Below, one piece after another: positions 24,219-58,666 of a stretch of 64,000 bases of DNA. The stretch covers positions 3,906,001 through 3,970,000 of the forward strand of contig CM035358.1 in the NCBI GenBank assembly GCA_020137815.1, given 5' to 3'. The first letter of the stretch is position 1. The number at the start of each line of letters is the position of its first letter. Under the pieces are notes generated by a model that saw only the letters and a list, made by a program, of their open reading frames with translations, searched no databases and was not told the origin of the DNA. The position numbers and the translations under genes were made by a program. Origin of the DNA: Hormiphora californensis (taxonomy: Eukaryota > Animalia > Ctenophora).

Positions 24219-24951
24219 TCCGTAACAAACAAAGCAAGCTATACAATTATATGCTACCCACGACATAGAAGGGACAAAGGAGACAGGAGCTACAGCTGCT
24301 CTATAGTCCCACGTGTCCAAATATTGGTGTTGCTTTTAGTGGGTTTGTAGTTCTGTACTTAGCCTTTAGTAGTCGTCACGAATTGAAGGATCTACTGGCG
24401 TACATTAAATACCAGACGTGTACAGTAGAAATGGTGTTGCTTACATTCTCGGTTCAATATATTCCCTAATTGTATAATGTACTCTGGCCCCAACTCACGG
24501 CTATAGTCTAGCGAGTTGGATGGTGTAACAAACGGTAACACCTTGTGTAACACCGTTATGTTATTAGTCAGTGTGGTGATACCCAATGAAGGAGTACTGT
24601 AACATCTCGATATATGTACAAGGGTGTATCTATTATAAGTCTCTAGTGAAACTCACACTACAGAAACATACATGTTGTGACTTGTGCCTCCCCCTCTCTT
24701 TGGAATTGGGTGTATGTACAAGTAGATGTAGCCTTGCCTGATCAGTCCCCTTTTATTTAAAGTAGAAAGGATTTATTATTGTCATTAATTCAGGTCAGGT
24801 GGGAGATTTATCGCACCTCATCTCCCATTGGACTCCAGTTTCTTGACATTGCCATGCCTTACTCAATGTAATGACACATGACCCACCCCGCGCCTGAAGG
24901 AAGTTTAACCTCCGACGAAAACATATTACTTATATGAGCAAACCACGAATT

Positions 24952-25056
24952 ATTTTTTCCCGCACTGTAGCACCACTCTGTAGACCCTCAGCTACCATGT
25001 ACAAGTGGTGGTTTCCCGTAGCATGCTAGGTCATGATGAAGTTTCACCAGGCACGC
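24952..25056. mobile_element. Solo terminal fragment of the Chapaev-like element at 59397-60737
   Basis: TTTTTCCCGCAC.GTAGC.CCA.TCTGTAGACCCTCAGCTACCA.GTACAAGTGGTGGTTTCCCGT.GCATGCTAGGTC...TTTCACCAGGCACGC matches 60631-60733. Confidence 0.85.
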
Positions 25057-25616
25057 AAACTTCACCAGGTCTTGAGATCGACTGTGTTCAGTGTTGGTAA
25101 TGAAATTACCCCTCATCGCGAGCTCCTGTTATAATAGGGGTGACTTCGTAACTGCAATGTCCAGTGTTGGATTGATTAATTGTCTTGTCTACTTCAACTG
25201 CTATTTAGTGATCACTTGTGACTTGTCGCTTGACATCACAACTATAAAACTACACTGAATCCCCTCATTTGGTATTTTGACTCTTCTAACGTTGTGATTT
25301 CTTGTCTACTATACGATACTTCAATGTCATACTTGCTTGCCTTCTTCTGTTTCCCAGCGCAAAACAAAAACTGGCTAATCTTTCGAGGTCGAAGGTTTCC
25401 CTTCTCAATGTATTTTAGTTAACTTGCCCCTCCCTCTGTTATAATACAATGAACAATTCATTTATACCCAGTTTACTAGATGGAGTTGTTGGAGTTGAGT
25501 GTGGGGTATTGTGCTGCCTTTGATTGGTCACTATCTGGTACCAACCTGTACTATAACAACAATGCAACTAATTACAATACCATGAGATCACGTGGTCAAC
25601 CCCCTGCCCAGGAACA

Positions 25617-25791
25617 CAAACCATCATGGTCAGTATAATTGTAATGTTAGGGGTGGGTGGTTCAAACCATCCTGGTCAGTATAATTGTAATGTTAGGGCC
25701 CTAAGGGTGGGTGGTTCAAACCATCCTGGTCAGTATAATTGTAATGTTAGGGCCCTAAGGGGTGGGTGGTTCAAACCATCCTGGTCAGTAT
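25617..25791. repeat. ~50-bp tandem repeat, ~3.5 copies
   Basis: aaaccatcctggtcagtataattgtaatgttagg...gggtggttc repeated. Confidence 0.9.
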
Positions 25792-25977
25792 ACCCTCAGT
25801 ATTCTGTAACATGTAGCAAACAATTGTTAGTGGTGATTCCTGGTCAGCATGCTATTGTTACTAACAATGTTAGGGGTGGATATAGTTAGCACCAAATTCA
25901 ATTTATTCAATTTTCTCAGAAATGAGTGGAGAGTCAGGTGCAATTCGCCAATTCCGGGAAATTAATTCACATTGCAG

Positions 25978-26335
25978 GTTGGAGAGGCTGTGCAGTAAGA
26001 AAAAGAAAAAAGCAAAACAAGTGACACTGTCAAAATTGTTGGAGCGAAAACACCCCCAAACAAGTTGTTCCATATGTTTGGAGGCCTTCCAGGATGACTC
26101 AGAACACCTGCTACGGTATATAAACATGTTAACTTTGTAAAAGTTATATTTTTCTTCGCGGTGTCCCTCATAGAAACAGCAAAACTTGTCTACTCCAAAT
26201 ACCTGTGTCCTAGCTAGGATTCAGTTTTATTTATCCCTCAGGATGCTACCATGTAAACACGTGTTCCACTTGAGTTGCATTGGTCAGTGGCTGAGAGAGC
26301 GGGATATCTGTGCGCTGTGCAGGAAACCTGTCTGA
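25978..26335 (+). CDS. Last two exons of a RING-H2 finger protein (probable E3 ligase)
   Basis: Exons ~25978-26114 and 26242-26335 splice to [47 protein letters not shown]; upstream exons unresolved. Confidence 0.85.
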
Positions 26336-26884
26336 AACAAGAGGAAATCATGATAAAAGTAAAGCATTATTTGACTGATAACGTTCAGGGACCAGTTCAG
26401 GTGTGTGATGGTGAAATATTGAAATTGGTCGGGATGTGTCTGGTTAAAACTGAAAACGATTTATTTTCATTTGTGCAAAAGTGTCACAAAATGTAATTTT
26501 TATCCATTTACAAACTTGGATTGCATTTCAACATTGGAAAAACTAATTTTGAATTTACAAGTGTTTTAATGGAGTGTGATATAAATTCACGTCCCATTAG
26601 TCTGTACAGTGTACATGGTCGCTTGTTTCTAAAACCTTGGTACCAGTGTATTAACAGATAATAACATGGCTAAAACCTTTTCTAACACTGATTTATCATT
26701 GTGACACGTGTCCAACAAATTATCTTTTACAAATCCTATCATTTTGACAACAAAATCTAACATTGTTGCAAAAAAACCTAAATGACAAACTGAAAATACA
26801 TAAATATGACTGTTACGTACTCTGACACAAACACACAAAATCCACTCACGGAGCTCTCTCAATATAAACACGTGTAAACAATTC

Positions 26885-27120
26885 AAATTTGCACGTGCAA
26901 GCTCCAAAAGGCAAAACCCACGACAAAAGTTGCACGTGCAAGGTCCAAACCCACGGCAACAAATTTGCACGTGCAAGCTCCAAAAGGCAAAACCCACGTC
27001 CAAAGGTGCACGTGCGAGCTCTAAAAGGCAAAACCCACGTCCAAAGTTGCACGTGCAAGTTCTAAAAGGCAAAACCCGCGTCCACAGTTGCACGTGCAAT
27101 GTCCAAACACAACGTGCAAT
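26885..27120. repeat. ~40-bp minisatellite carrying the TTGCACGTGCAA palindrome
   Basis: About six units tgcacgtgcaagctccaaaaggcaaaacccacgtccaaa. Confidence 0.9.
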
Positions 27121-27139
27121 GTCCATTATACATCCCAGA

Positions 27140-29765
<2,626 letters not shown>

Positions 29766-30021
29766 AGAGGTGGGGACAAGGGTAGTAAAAGGTCTATTAG
29801 ACTGAGAAATAAGATTACTAAAATTAGGGAAGTAGGGAGACCGGGTAAAACCCTTTCCCTTGAGCACCCGGTAAATCGGGGTCCGACTGTATCATGTAGT
29901 ATTAACCGGACCTCGATTAACCGGAAAAAACAATCAGCAGTTATATTTACCGGTGTGTTTAGGTAATTCAACAGTATGTGTCCTAATCTCTCCACTCTGT
30001 ATCACGTTACCCATGCCATTA

Positions 30022-30195
30022 CAGTTAGTACCTGTGTGTTAACTGTGTGTTAACTGTGTGTTAACTGTGTGTTAACAGTGATAGTTAGTACCTGTGTGTT
30101 AACTGTGTGTTAACTGTGATAGTTAGTACCTGTGTGTTAACTGTGTGTTAACAGTGTGTTAACTGCGTGTTAAATATGTGTTAACTGTGATAGTT
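30022..30195. repeat. 10-bp (GTTAACTGTG)-type tandem repeat
   Basis: gttaactgtgt repeated with tagttagtacct spacers. Confidence 0.9.
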
Positions 30196-30336
30196 GTCTA
30201 GATGTTGACTAGCACATTAGAGCTATGAGCTCATGTTGATAGCTGATCAAGTTAAAGACAACAATTAAAGCTGGGGAAACAAAACTGTACAAATCTGGAA
30301 GTTGACAACTACATAGATACATTGGCATGAACCAAG

Positions 30337-30445
30337 CAGGAATCGACCGAAACAAGTAAACAACCAATCAGAACTCGTTATTTAGGTCACGTGACTGGTT
30401 ATCAGCCAATCAGGGACCAGTATTTCCTGATTCGGTCGGTTCCTG
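30337..30445. mobile_element. 109-bp hAT-type MITE (copy 3)
   Basis: 8-bp TSD GAACCAAG. Confidence 0.92.
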
Positions 30446-30700
30446 GAACCAAGCCTACGAGATCACTTTGAAGCATCAAACATACTGTATCTTATAGAAT
30501 ATAGAGGATCAAAGGGAAAGCAAAATGATATCATAGAATAGGAAACAGCTGTTATCCTGTAGTGGGTGACTAACGATTAGCGAGACTCACTAGATAGATA
30601 GGAATGGGGTACATAAACAATTGAATTTGGATTTGGGATCACAACAACTGGCAAGCACAGTGCTGTAGTGCAGAGACAGTCAGGGAGAGAGTGAGTGAGT

Positions 30701-30778
<78 letters not shown>

Positions 30779-31723
30779 CAGTGAGGGAGAGAGGGAGAGA
30801 GAGGGGGTGAGTCAGAAAAGAAAGACCGCGGAGAGCAATAAGCACACACAGCTTTTACCATTCACACACATTACACGAACATACACACATTTCTAACTAA
30901 CATACTACATTGTGAGAAAAAGATAGAGAAAAAGATAGTGATTTAAGCATGATTGGTTTTCTTAAAAAACAACTCAACGTTTGCGTACCTAAAAGATGTT
31001 TCTTCCCGGTCAATTAAAATCCAAGGACACAAAGCTACACATCAGGCAACACTAGGATTCCGGACTATTAGGGCGAATTCCTGACAACTTTTAGCTCAAA
31101 CCCTTAGAGATAGAGCGAAGGAGAGATAGAGCTAGAGAGAGGGAGATAGAGAGAAGGAGATAGAAGAGAGAAAAAGAGAGAGAGGGAGAGAGAGAGAGAT
31201 AAGTGAAGAGTAATCTCAGTGAGGTCAGCTCCACTAGGGAGCTGATGTTTGGAACAATGTTACAGGGCGTATATTAATTGTATTTTTAGGGTGAATCTAA
31301 TGTGCACAAATTCAATCTTTTAGTATACACTGAAACACGAGTTACTTCCAAGAAGAAGGAAGATCTTTAGTCTGAACAACAGGTGGTGGAGCTGTATCTT
31401 CTTAACAACGATTGTACCAGCTCCTCGCTACACTGATTCCAAAAGTGGGGGTTTCTCTCTCAGTTTCTCTCTCTCCGTTTCTCCCCCCTCCCTCTCTGTC
31501 TGGCGGCGCCGACCCAATCTGAGTGGCGCTCAGTGAGTGCACTGGGAATCAAAACGTGGTCTGGCCAGACAATCTCTCCCTCTCAACAACACTTAACTAT
31601 CAGTTAGTAGTATAGTCCAAGAGAACTTCTCGAGAAAAATAACTTTTTATACATGGCCGGATGTAATCTGAGTACGTGCGTTGTCCAAGAGGACTTCATT
31701 CCCGAGAAAATAGATGAGAGAGC

Positions 31724-31754
<31 letters not shown>

Positions 31755-31765
31755 AGAGAAGAGAG

Positions 31766-31804
<39 letters not shown>

Positions 31805-31830
31805 AAGAGAGAGAGAGAGAGAGAAGAGAG

Positions 31831-31900
<70 letters not shown>

Positions 31901-32218
31901 TAGTTTTTAGTAATCTTCATACATAGTAGCAGCAGGCATATATACAACGTTTATTTAACACACTCAACTAGTTAATTGCTAGGGGGTTACCATTAAGTAT
32001 TGAAAATTGCCCTTTCTCCAATTTACCAGTCATTTTTTTCAAACTGAATGAATTCATATATTAAGTATAACTATATGCACATTTTCTTAATTGAATCCCT
32101 CGATTCTACGCTCAACTGAAAGGTGTCAATAGAATTCTGCTCTTTCTCTTCAGCTGCCAGATGGTTAACCCCATCAGCTCCCAGCTTTTTAAGTCTCTTG
32201 TTTTAGATCAATTCTAAA

Positions 32219-35213
32219 ATGATTTCTTTTGTTTTAGCACTGCTCCTCGGACCAGTGGTCCATGGAAGGGTCTCCCTTAGTGGGGTCAATGTGGATTCTC
32301 CAAGGGATGTGGCTCAACTTTACAGGGCCTACACTGCACAGTACAGGGCTGACCATCGTTTAATGGGATCTGCTGAACAGAGGACGAGATTTAATATGTT
32401 CAGGTAAACACATCTTAAGATGTGAATTCTAACTTAAATAAAGTTGTATCAGATACAAACAATTATATCTTTTCAAACAGTTGATAATTATTCAATGGAG
32501 GTCAAACTATTAATTTAGGTTCTGATATAATCCACTCCCAGGCAGTCTCTCAAGTTTGTGGAGAGTCAAAACCAGGCTGGTCTCACCTGGAGGAGCGGAC
32601 TCAACAGGTAAGACAAGGGACTTGAACGGGATTACAAAATGTTACAAAGATCAAGCTTGTGTTGTTCATTTAATATCTTGTATCAGCAAACATTGCTGAC
32701 AATTGACATATTATTGTGTTCTAAGGTTCAGTGATATGTCTGAGGAGGAAACGAGGTCATTCGAGGGTGTCAACATGACCCAAGTACCCCTTGAGAGTAG
32801 TGTTGTGGACAGTGGACTGAAGGGATCTTATCAGTAAGTGCAGGCCATACCACCCCTTTGTACGAGGTCTCCTATCACCTCCTCGTTAAACATTTTCCCT
32901 ATCATGGTCCATTGTTACGGTAACAAATAACGCCGAAATGTAGCGAATTTTCGACCGCACACGCCTTATTCACAGCACTTGAAAACATATCGGCTCCGGG
33001 TTGTTACGTTGCCTTCTTTATTCTTAACTTTCCTAACCCCGTTGCTCCAGGTACCCTGATTCTAAAATGTGGCTTGACAGTGTCTTCGACCCAATGGACC
33101 AAGGGAACTGCGGGTCTTGCTGGATTTTCGGATCTCTCACCGCCATTGAGGGACGGTAAGTGGTCTGCTGTTTCGCAGTACTTTTACTACTGAGGGTCCC
33201 CTACTGATTCCCCTTCTTGGTTGCAGGTATCACCAGTTGACGGGAAAGCTAAAGAGATTCTCACAGCAACAGATGCTGGACTGTGTATTCGCGTGGAGAG
33301 ATGACAAGGGTTGTGGGGGTAAGTAGATTGTGGTAACCCGCCCGCCATTAGCAGGGACCCTGCGTTAAGTTGTACAAATAAGTTGTTATGTCTGAATAAA
33401 CATGATTTACTAAAACCAACCTAGGTGGAGCAAACTACTGTACATACAACTACATAGCCAAGGGTAACCCCCTGATAACGACATCTAAATACCCCAAGTA
33501 TGTGGCCAAGGAAGGGGCCTGTAAACAGGACAGGTATCCAGATGGACTTCAGGCTGCGAAAATTACAGGTAAGTTTGTTTTTAGGTCAAGGTCCAGTTTA
33601 CTAATTGAGAAATGAGACAGGGTTAGGTATGATAGCCATTATCCTGTAGCCATGCGTCCAAAAAGTACATTCTGGGTCCCATTTCACGTTTTCTACTATT
33701 GTATCTGACCTTACCTCTGCTTAATTTCTCTCTTTATCAAGTTCCGCCTCTTGCATGATCACAGCTCTCTCTCTCCTTCCATAGTACGGATTGTTTGCTT
33801 GTTAGGAAGCTAGCGTACAGTGCAGCAGCAGCACAAAGATCACTTCTGTGTGACGTAACACGCATATAGAGTGACGTCATAGTTAAAACATTGTGACGTC
33901 ATACGGTATTGTCATGAATGAGTTCTAATTAGGATTAGATATAATTGGTATTGGATGAAAATATCACCATGACTTAATGAGACTTCACGGGTACATGAAA
34001 GGATTCCCTCTTCTTCTCCAGGTTACGTTAACACCCACCCCTCTTCTTGCCCAGGTTACGTTAACACCCACCCCTCTTCTTCCCCAGGTTACGTTAACAC
34101 CCACCCCTCTTCTTCCCCAGGTTACGTTAACACCCACCCCTCTTCTTCCCCAGGTTACGTTAACACCCACTCCTCTTCTTCCCCAGGTTACGTTAACACC
34201 CACCCCTCTTCTTCCCCAGGTTACGTTAACACCCATCCCTCTTCTTCTCTAGATTACGTTAACACCCATCCCTCTTCTTCCCTAGGTTACGTTAACACCC
34301 ATCCCTCTTCGTCCCCAGGTTACGTTAACACCCATCCCTCTGAGGAGGGTCTACTGGTGGCACTATCCCAAGGAGTTACCGCTGTCAGTTTCCAGACTAC
34401 CCCTGCTTTCAGAGCCTACGAGAGCGGGGTTATCAGGTATAAACACTAACCGCGATAGATTAATGCATCAATCTATCTCTGTCTAGTGTGCGCCAGACCC
34501 GTTCTACCGTACCATCTTTTAACACGTGCACACGATAGAAAGAGAGGACAATGTCCTCAACGTGGGGTCCAAGAAACACACACGCCAGATCACCGCTCCC
34601 AACCAGCTCGATCGGCTCTCACACTCGATCTCTATCTCTCTCCTCCTCTCCTCTCTCTATCGCTCTCCTCTCCTCTCTCTCCTCTCTCTCTCTATCTCTC
34701 TCTCCCTCTCTCTCTTCTCTCTCTCTCTCTCTCTCCCTCACTCTCTCCCTCTCTCTCTCACCCTCTCTCTCTCTCTCCCACCAGGGATGAGACGTGTTCA
34801 CTGACGGCAACAACCCACGCTGTGGCAGCTGTCGGATACTCCCCCGCCTACATCCTTGTCAAGAATTCCTGGGGTCAGGATTGGGGGGAGAACGGGTTTG
34901 TGAAGTTTAGCAGGAAACACCATGGCTGCCTTCTCCACTCTAAACCCATATACCCAGTTATGAAGAAGACAGGAGCAAGGGATAGTGATGCCAGTGAGAG
35001 AGCTACCTCGTATAAGCCGAGTGATGAAAGGGATGCTGTGGAAACACCATGTAAGATAAGCACCCCAGTTGGTTTTGTAACAGAGGCACGTGCGGTACCT
35101 GGAAGAATGCTGTGAATTGTGCCAAGACGTGTGGGAGGTGTAGCCAGGATTCTGGATCTTGCCCCACTGGGGAGGTGATGTGTGCCAGTGCCACTTGCAA
35201 GAAATCCTGCTAA
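32219..35213 (+). CDS. Papain-family (C1A) cathepsin-like cysteine protease with signal peptide, I29 prodomain and C-terminal ShKT domain
   Basis: Exons about 32219-32403, 32542-32607, 32726-32833, 33051-33155, 33227-33318, 33425-33568, 34319-34436 and 34785-35213; ERFNIN-like E...RFNMF and GLNRFSDM; QGNCGSCW, catalytic H (THAVAAVGY) and N (KNSWG); the ShKT part needs one extra base at ~35055. Confidence 0.92.
34006..34340 (+). repeat. 33-bp tandem repeat (x10) spanning an intron/exon boundary
   Basis: Unit ccctcttcttccccAG|gttacgttaacaccca; AG ends at 34021+33n up to 34318. Confidence 0.95.
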
Positions 35214-35673
35214 CTTTACTTGAGCGTATTTGAACGAAATGGTGCAAAACTATGTAATTTGTTGCTATACTAAACACTCAAATACATAAAACGATAGCCA
35301 CGTTTGCACTTGTCAGCGCAGTGACAGAATGATATAACTAAAAAGAAATGTACTCTTAGAAGATGGATGACAAAGAAAATGTAACTACTATAACTATATG
35401 GCACAGGTAGCACACACAATACACAAGTCACAATATATGAGTTGTACTAGTAATGGTTGTGGATAATATTTGGTAAAGAGCTTATGATCCGATTATATCC
35501 AGTGGGTAGATCAGAGCTGTGTGGGTTTGAATCATGTGTGGGCAATGACATATGAAACATGATCGTATATGTTGGATGTTGGACATAAGTAACTTTTTAG
35601 TTAGAGCAATGAAAGCGCAAATTAGGTATCATTTAATTGATTAATGAAGGAAATTAGCTACGAAGTATAGTAA

Positions 35674-36683
35674 GGGGATTTTAGTAAAAAAAGGGCCAAG
35701 TTTTCAGCAAAATTTTTAACAAGCTAATTTCTTCACCAATAGGTCCGGATAGGTGTCTAGTATCACCAAAAAAAAGTACACGATAATCGGAAGTGCGCAC
35801 ACGCGCTGAGCGCGCAAGAAGTAAACACATGTAAATACATGTATTTCTAGCCTGGCACGAAAACCCAAAAACCATCTTAGGAGACGAGTAGAGAACAAAT
35901 CAAGGGCACTAGATTGTGTAGCGTCCTCGCATTAGTGGGGGTAGGTGCTGGAATTAAGTCTCTATCTCATCTGGTTAATTAGATAATTGGATAATTAGAT
36001 ATGCGCATAACCGTATTTTGGCTATATGGCTATAGCCACTTAGGAATGGTTTAGAGACTTTTCATTGGTGCCATTTTGTTCAGAAAAAAATTTCAATTTA
36101 AGAGTTGTGGAAAAATTTAGAGCCTATCTCCTACCGTTTTGGCGTTATTTGCGGTCAAAGTATGCCAAATCAGCCGAAAATGCCAAAAAATTAGTTAATT
36201 GGCCTTCTTTGACTGCAAATTACGCCAAAACGGTAAGAGATAGGCTCTAAATTTTTCCACAACTCTTAGATTGAAATTTTTTTCTGAACAAAATGGCACC
36301 AATGAAAAGTCTCTAAACCATTCCTAAGTGGCTATAGCCATATAGCCAAAATACGGTTATGCGCATATCTAATTATCCAATTATCTAATTAACCAGATGA
36401 GATAGAGACTTAATTCCAGCACCTACCCCCACTAATGCGAGGACGCTACACAATCTAGTGCCCTTGATTTTTTCTCTACTCGTCTCCTAAGATGGTTTTT
36501 GGGTTTTCGTGCCAGGCTAGAAATACATGTATTTACATGTGTTTACTTCTTGCGCGTTCAGCGCGTGTGCGCACTTCCGATTATCGTGTACTTTTTTTTG
36601 GTGATACTAGACACCTATCCGGACCTATTGGTGAAGAAATTAGCTTGTTAAAAATTTTGCTGAAAAAATATACTAAAATTCCC
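35674..36683. mobile_element. ~1010-bp foldback element, PIF/Harbinger-type (GGG ends, TAA TSD)
   Basis: TAA|GGGGATTTTAGTA...TACTAAAATTCCC|TAA; near-identical arms about 35700-36160 and 36207-36666; mirror ORFs 35681-35875 and 36492-36686. Confidence 0.85.
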
Positions 36684-37355
36684 TAACTAGTAGGTAGGAA
36701 TAATTCCGGGAATTGGATCAAAGTTCTGTAATTTACCCCGAGACAAGTTGTTGAGTAGCAAGACGATACAAGTAGGGATCAGGAGTATCTCTGTCAGTTA
36801 TGTTCCCTATTTCTTCATATCATACATATCCATATCTCTCTCAATCTCTCTCACTCCCTATCTCTCTCTCTCTCTTTCTCTCTCTCTCCCTCTCTATCAG
36901 ATCATTGCCCTACATATCCGTACTAATCAGATAATATAATATATATGCACCCATGACCCATCATATCCTATCCCGTAACATTTGTAACATAGCTATGTAA
37001 CGACCTTGTAACAAGTGAGCAACACTATAGATAGCAGATAGAGTTATACCCTGTTGCACTGTTGCACGATAATAGTAAGAGACAAGAGTGCCCGAATCTC
37101 AATAGTTTCTATTTCAGGCATTTCCAAGGATCCCATAGAACATACTGCAAGTAAAGGTTGACAAGAGTTATCAGTATTTTGACAAAAGATTCTCAAGTTA
37201 AGCCAAGGATACAAATTGTCCCCCTAGTAGAATTATTGAGCGTGTCTCAGATTGAGTTAACACAATATATAGCATGACAAACCGATACTGAATTTTAACG
37301 CACACTCAAGCAGTGTTCCTCCTGCTCTATAAAACGCTTAGCTCGTCGAGAGAGT

Positions 37356-37417
<62 letters not shown>

Positions 37418-37428
37418 GATAGAGAGAG

Positions 37429-37495
<67 letters not shown>

Positions 37496-38592
37496 TTTTC
37501 AGATCTACAATAGTCACGTGATACGATGGAAAATACTTACAGCACTTTCTCTCGTTCTCCTACAATCATTGTCTCCCCTATATTTTTCAGTTCTCTCTCC
37601 TTCAACCCCTTCTTTTTCCATTTCTCTCCCTCCCGATCTCTATCTTTGTGCTTTTTGACACGTGACACCCCAGTTCTCAAGCAGGACGCTTGTTTTCGCA
37701 ATCTGGGATAGTCATGTGACTCGGACACGAGCTTTTTTATATCACTATCTCTCTCTCTCTCTTTCTCCCTCTCTCTCTTTCTCCCTCTCTCTCTCTCCCT
37801 TTCTCTCTCACTCTCCCTCTCCCTCTCGCTCTCTCCATCTCTCTACATGTTATCGCACTGAGAAGAGAGATAGAGAGAGAAAGATAAAGAGAGATAGAGA
37901 GTGTAAAACCAATCATTTACATATTATTGGTCTAAGGTGCGTTCAAGTACAATCAGTAGTAAACACGTCAATGCCATATTATGTCACCTATCTAACAAAG
38001 CACTTTAAGATGACATCCCTGATTCCTTGGGACCTAGATTGTTTCTAGATGAAAAACACGATATATCCTCGTTTTTCTTTGGTAGAAGACAAACTCTGTT
38101 CAGAAGTCGATAAGGGACGAACAAAAGGCGAGGAGTGCAGCACAAAGTGCATCAAATGTTAATGGTCGGATATTACACACTTCACACTCTCCTCTCCCCA
38201 GTGCATGGTACATTAGTATGATGCTAATGCAGCCATTGCAGCAGGTACCTTGTTGAGTAAGGGGGGGGGGGGGGATAGGGTCGACCATTAAATTTAGGAT
38301 GACTTTCGATTTCACCTTCCCCGAGCCTGTTCAACTCCGTCCTCCCCTATGTGGAGATAATACGCTCAGATCGGGGTTGCCAGTGTAAGGACTTAGGAAG
38401 CAAAAAACACGTTATTTCTGAAATAGTTTTAACTGAAATGAAGAGCAGCAAATTACACTAAAAAAGTTTTTTATACACAAAACAACTATCTACATTTGGA
38501 ATAACGTGCATATATCTACACCTCACTGACAAACACCCAAATAACTAACAACTACTGTAAAGTCTTATATAATCAGACATTTTCAATAATTA

Positions 38593-38704
38593 CAGTCGGA
38601 CCCCGATTTACCGGATGCTCGAGGGATATGGTTTTGCCCGGTCATTCTGGATCAAATACTGTTAATTTCTTATATCGGGCTCCGGGTAAATCGGGGTCCA
38701 ACTG
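38593..38704. mobile_element. TA-flanked MITE (Tc1/pogo-type)
   Basis: TA|CAGTCGGACCCCGATTTACC...GGTAAATCGGGGTCCAACTG|TA; partial copies at about 29840-29889 and 17745-17808. Confidence 0.85.
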
Positions 38705-39483
38705 TATATTTCTTTACAAAAAGTCACGTAAAGTCTCTTACAATCACACACATCATCATACACACTTTCACACATACTACATATAATATCACGATGGATT
38801 AGTTTGCACCTGACCCTTTTTCGCTTTAACTCTGAGAAAACTGAAAAAGTGCCAGGTATAAACAAGAAGAGACTACGGGATACCGTATGCGTGCAGAAGC
38901 CGGAACCTAAGTTCATAGTTCAGACTCGAGATCAAGATTATTCAATTTTCATTTAATCCCTCATTGATCTTCTAGTTGAATTGTTCATACTAGTACCACG
39001 GGTACAAGCGACTCAACTAACTAAATTATAGGTAAAGAGTTTACCTTTAAGTTTAACACACAATATAAATTCTTTTCCCGATATCTAAATCCATCCATTT
39101 TGGATATTTCGGGAAAAGAATTCAGGATCGTTGTGAAATAATATGAGAACTCTGGAAAACCCGGTGCGGTATACATACACCCTCGTCTACCAAAGGGATT
39201 AATTGTGAATGAACAAAGTGAAATACTATAATAATTCGTGAACCGGCACTGATATGCACCCGAACCTTCTTCGCTTACTGAAACATTGAAGAAGGGTCGT
39301 GTACCACCTAGTCAATTATTACACTACAATCGAGTCTTTAGGATGGATTCCAAATCGCTCAAACTTCTAAGAAACGCTACAATAGCAACTGTCTTGTAAC
39401 CATGGTATTAACTATACCAGTCGACAACAATTCTCTCTCCACATTATATTTTATATCTAGATGGGCCTAGGAACCAAAACCCC

Positions 39484-57723
<18,240 letters not shown>

Positions 57724-58666
57724 ATCCCGTGCCGGAGAGAGGTAGAGAAGGTGATCCGGAGCAGGGTGAGCTAGTACAGATTAGTGGGGATTAGTTGAGA
57801 AGGGTGCTTTCAATCAGAAACGCTTGTAGTGATATCATCACTGCGTTGACAAGTACAAAGATGAACCCCACCCACAAAACACCCAGAAACGCCTCTATAT
57901 TGCATGTGGTTGTTTAGCCGAAAAATAAGAGTTCTGAGGTCTACTATATTTAAAATTCAATCTTCACGGGATACGGATGGTGTTGATAACTACATCGACC
58001 AGCCGATGAATAACTTTATACACTATTTAGATAATATAAAGAGGCCTATACACAAGCAGTACAGTAATTGAAAAGTGAGAATAACAAGTGCAAGGTGTAG
58101 CATTAGTCCAGGGAGGCAAGCGATCTCAAGTGTTGAGGTATCATCAATCTTCAACTGGCAGTGGTAGTTTAGTGGAAACAGCATGTCTTGTTACACCACG
58201 TGGAAGTGTCACGCATATATACATATTATATATGCCTTGCATGTGTAAGGTTGGATTTTAAAAGCATGATAAACATGTCCTGGTTTCACTTGTAACAGGG
58301 CTGATCAAAGGCTGCGTGAGTCCTTGAAATTTTCTTCTTAGCGGCCTAAGAATGTTCGGAAACGTTCTTAGCGAAACCTTCTTATAAAGAAGAAAGTTCA
58401 GAAAAGAGCCCCAGAGGAGCAGATACGCTCATATCGATCTTGTCGACAAAATCTCGACTTTAAGGGAATAGCAAGTTCGATAAAGTGTAGGTAAGACATT
58501 GCAGGAAAGAAATGAGATCGAAACAACTTCTTTACGATTGGAGGACATAAATTGCAAACTTGAAACTTGAAACTTGAAAAATAATTGAGGCTATCAAACA
58601 AATGACCGCCTTTCAACTCAACTGTCCTTTCCTCGCTTATCACTTCTAAACTCAACAAATTTAAAT

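Noticed and set aside
34006-34340. CRISPR-like regular repeats (also 25617-25791 and 26885-27120)
   Set aside because: No unique spacers, no cas genes, eukaryotic context
37900-38920. Possible small Cys-rich minus-strand gene
   Set aside because: Exon-like pieces could not be joined into a consistent frame or a recognisable domain
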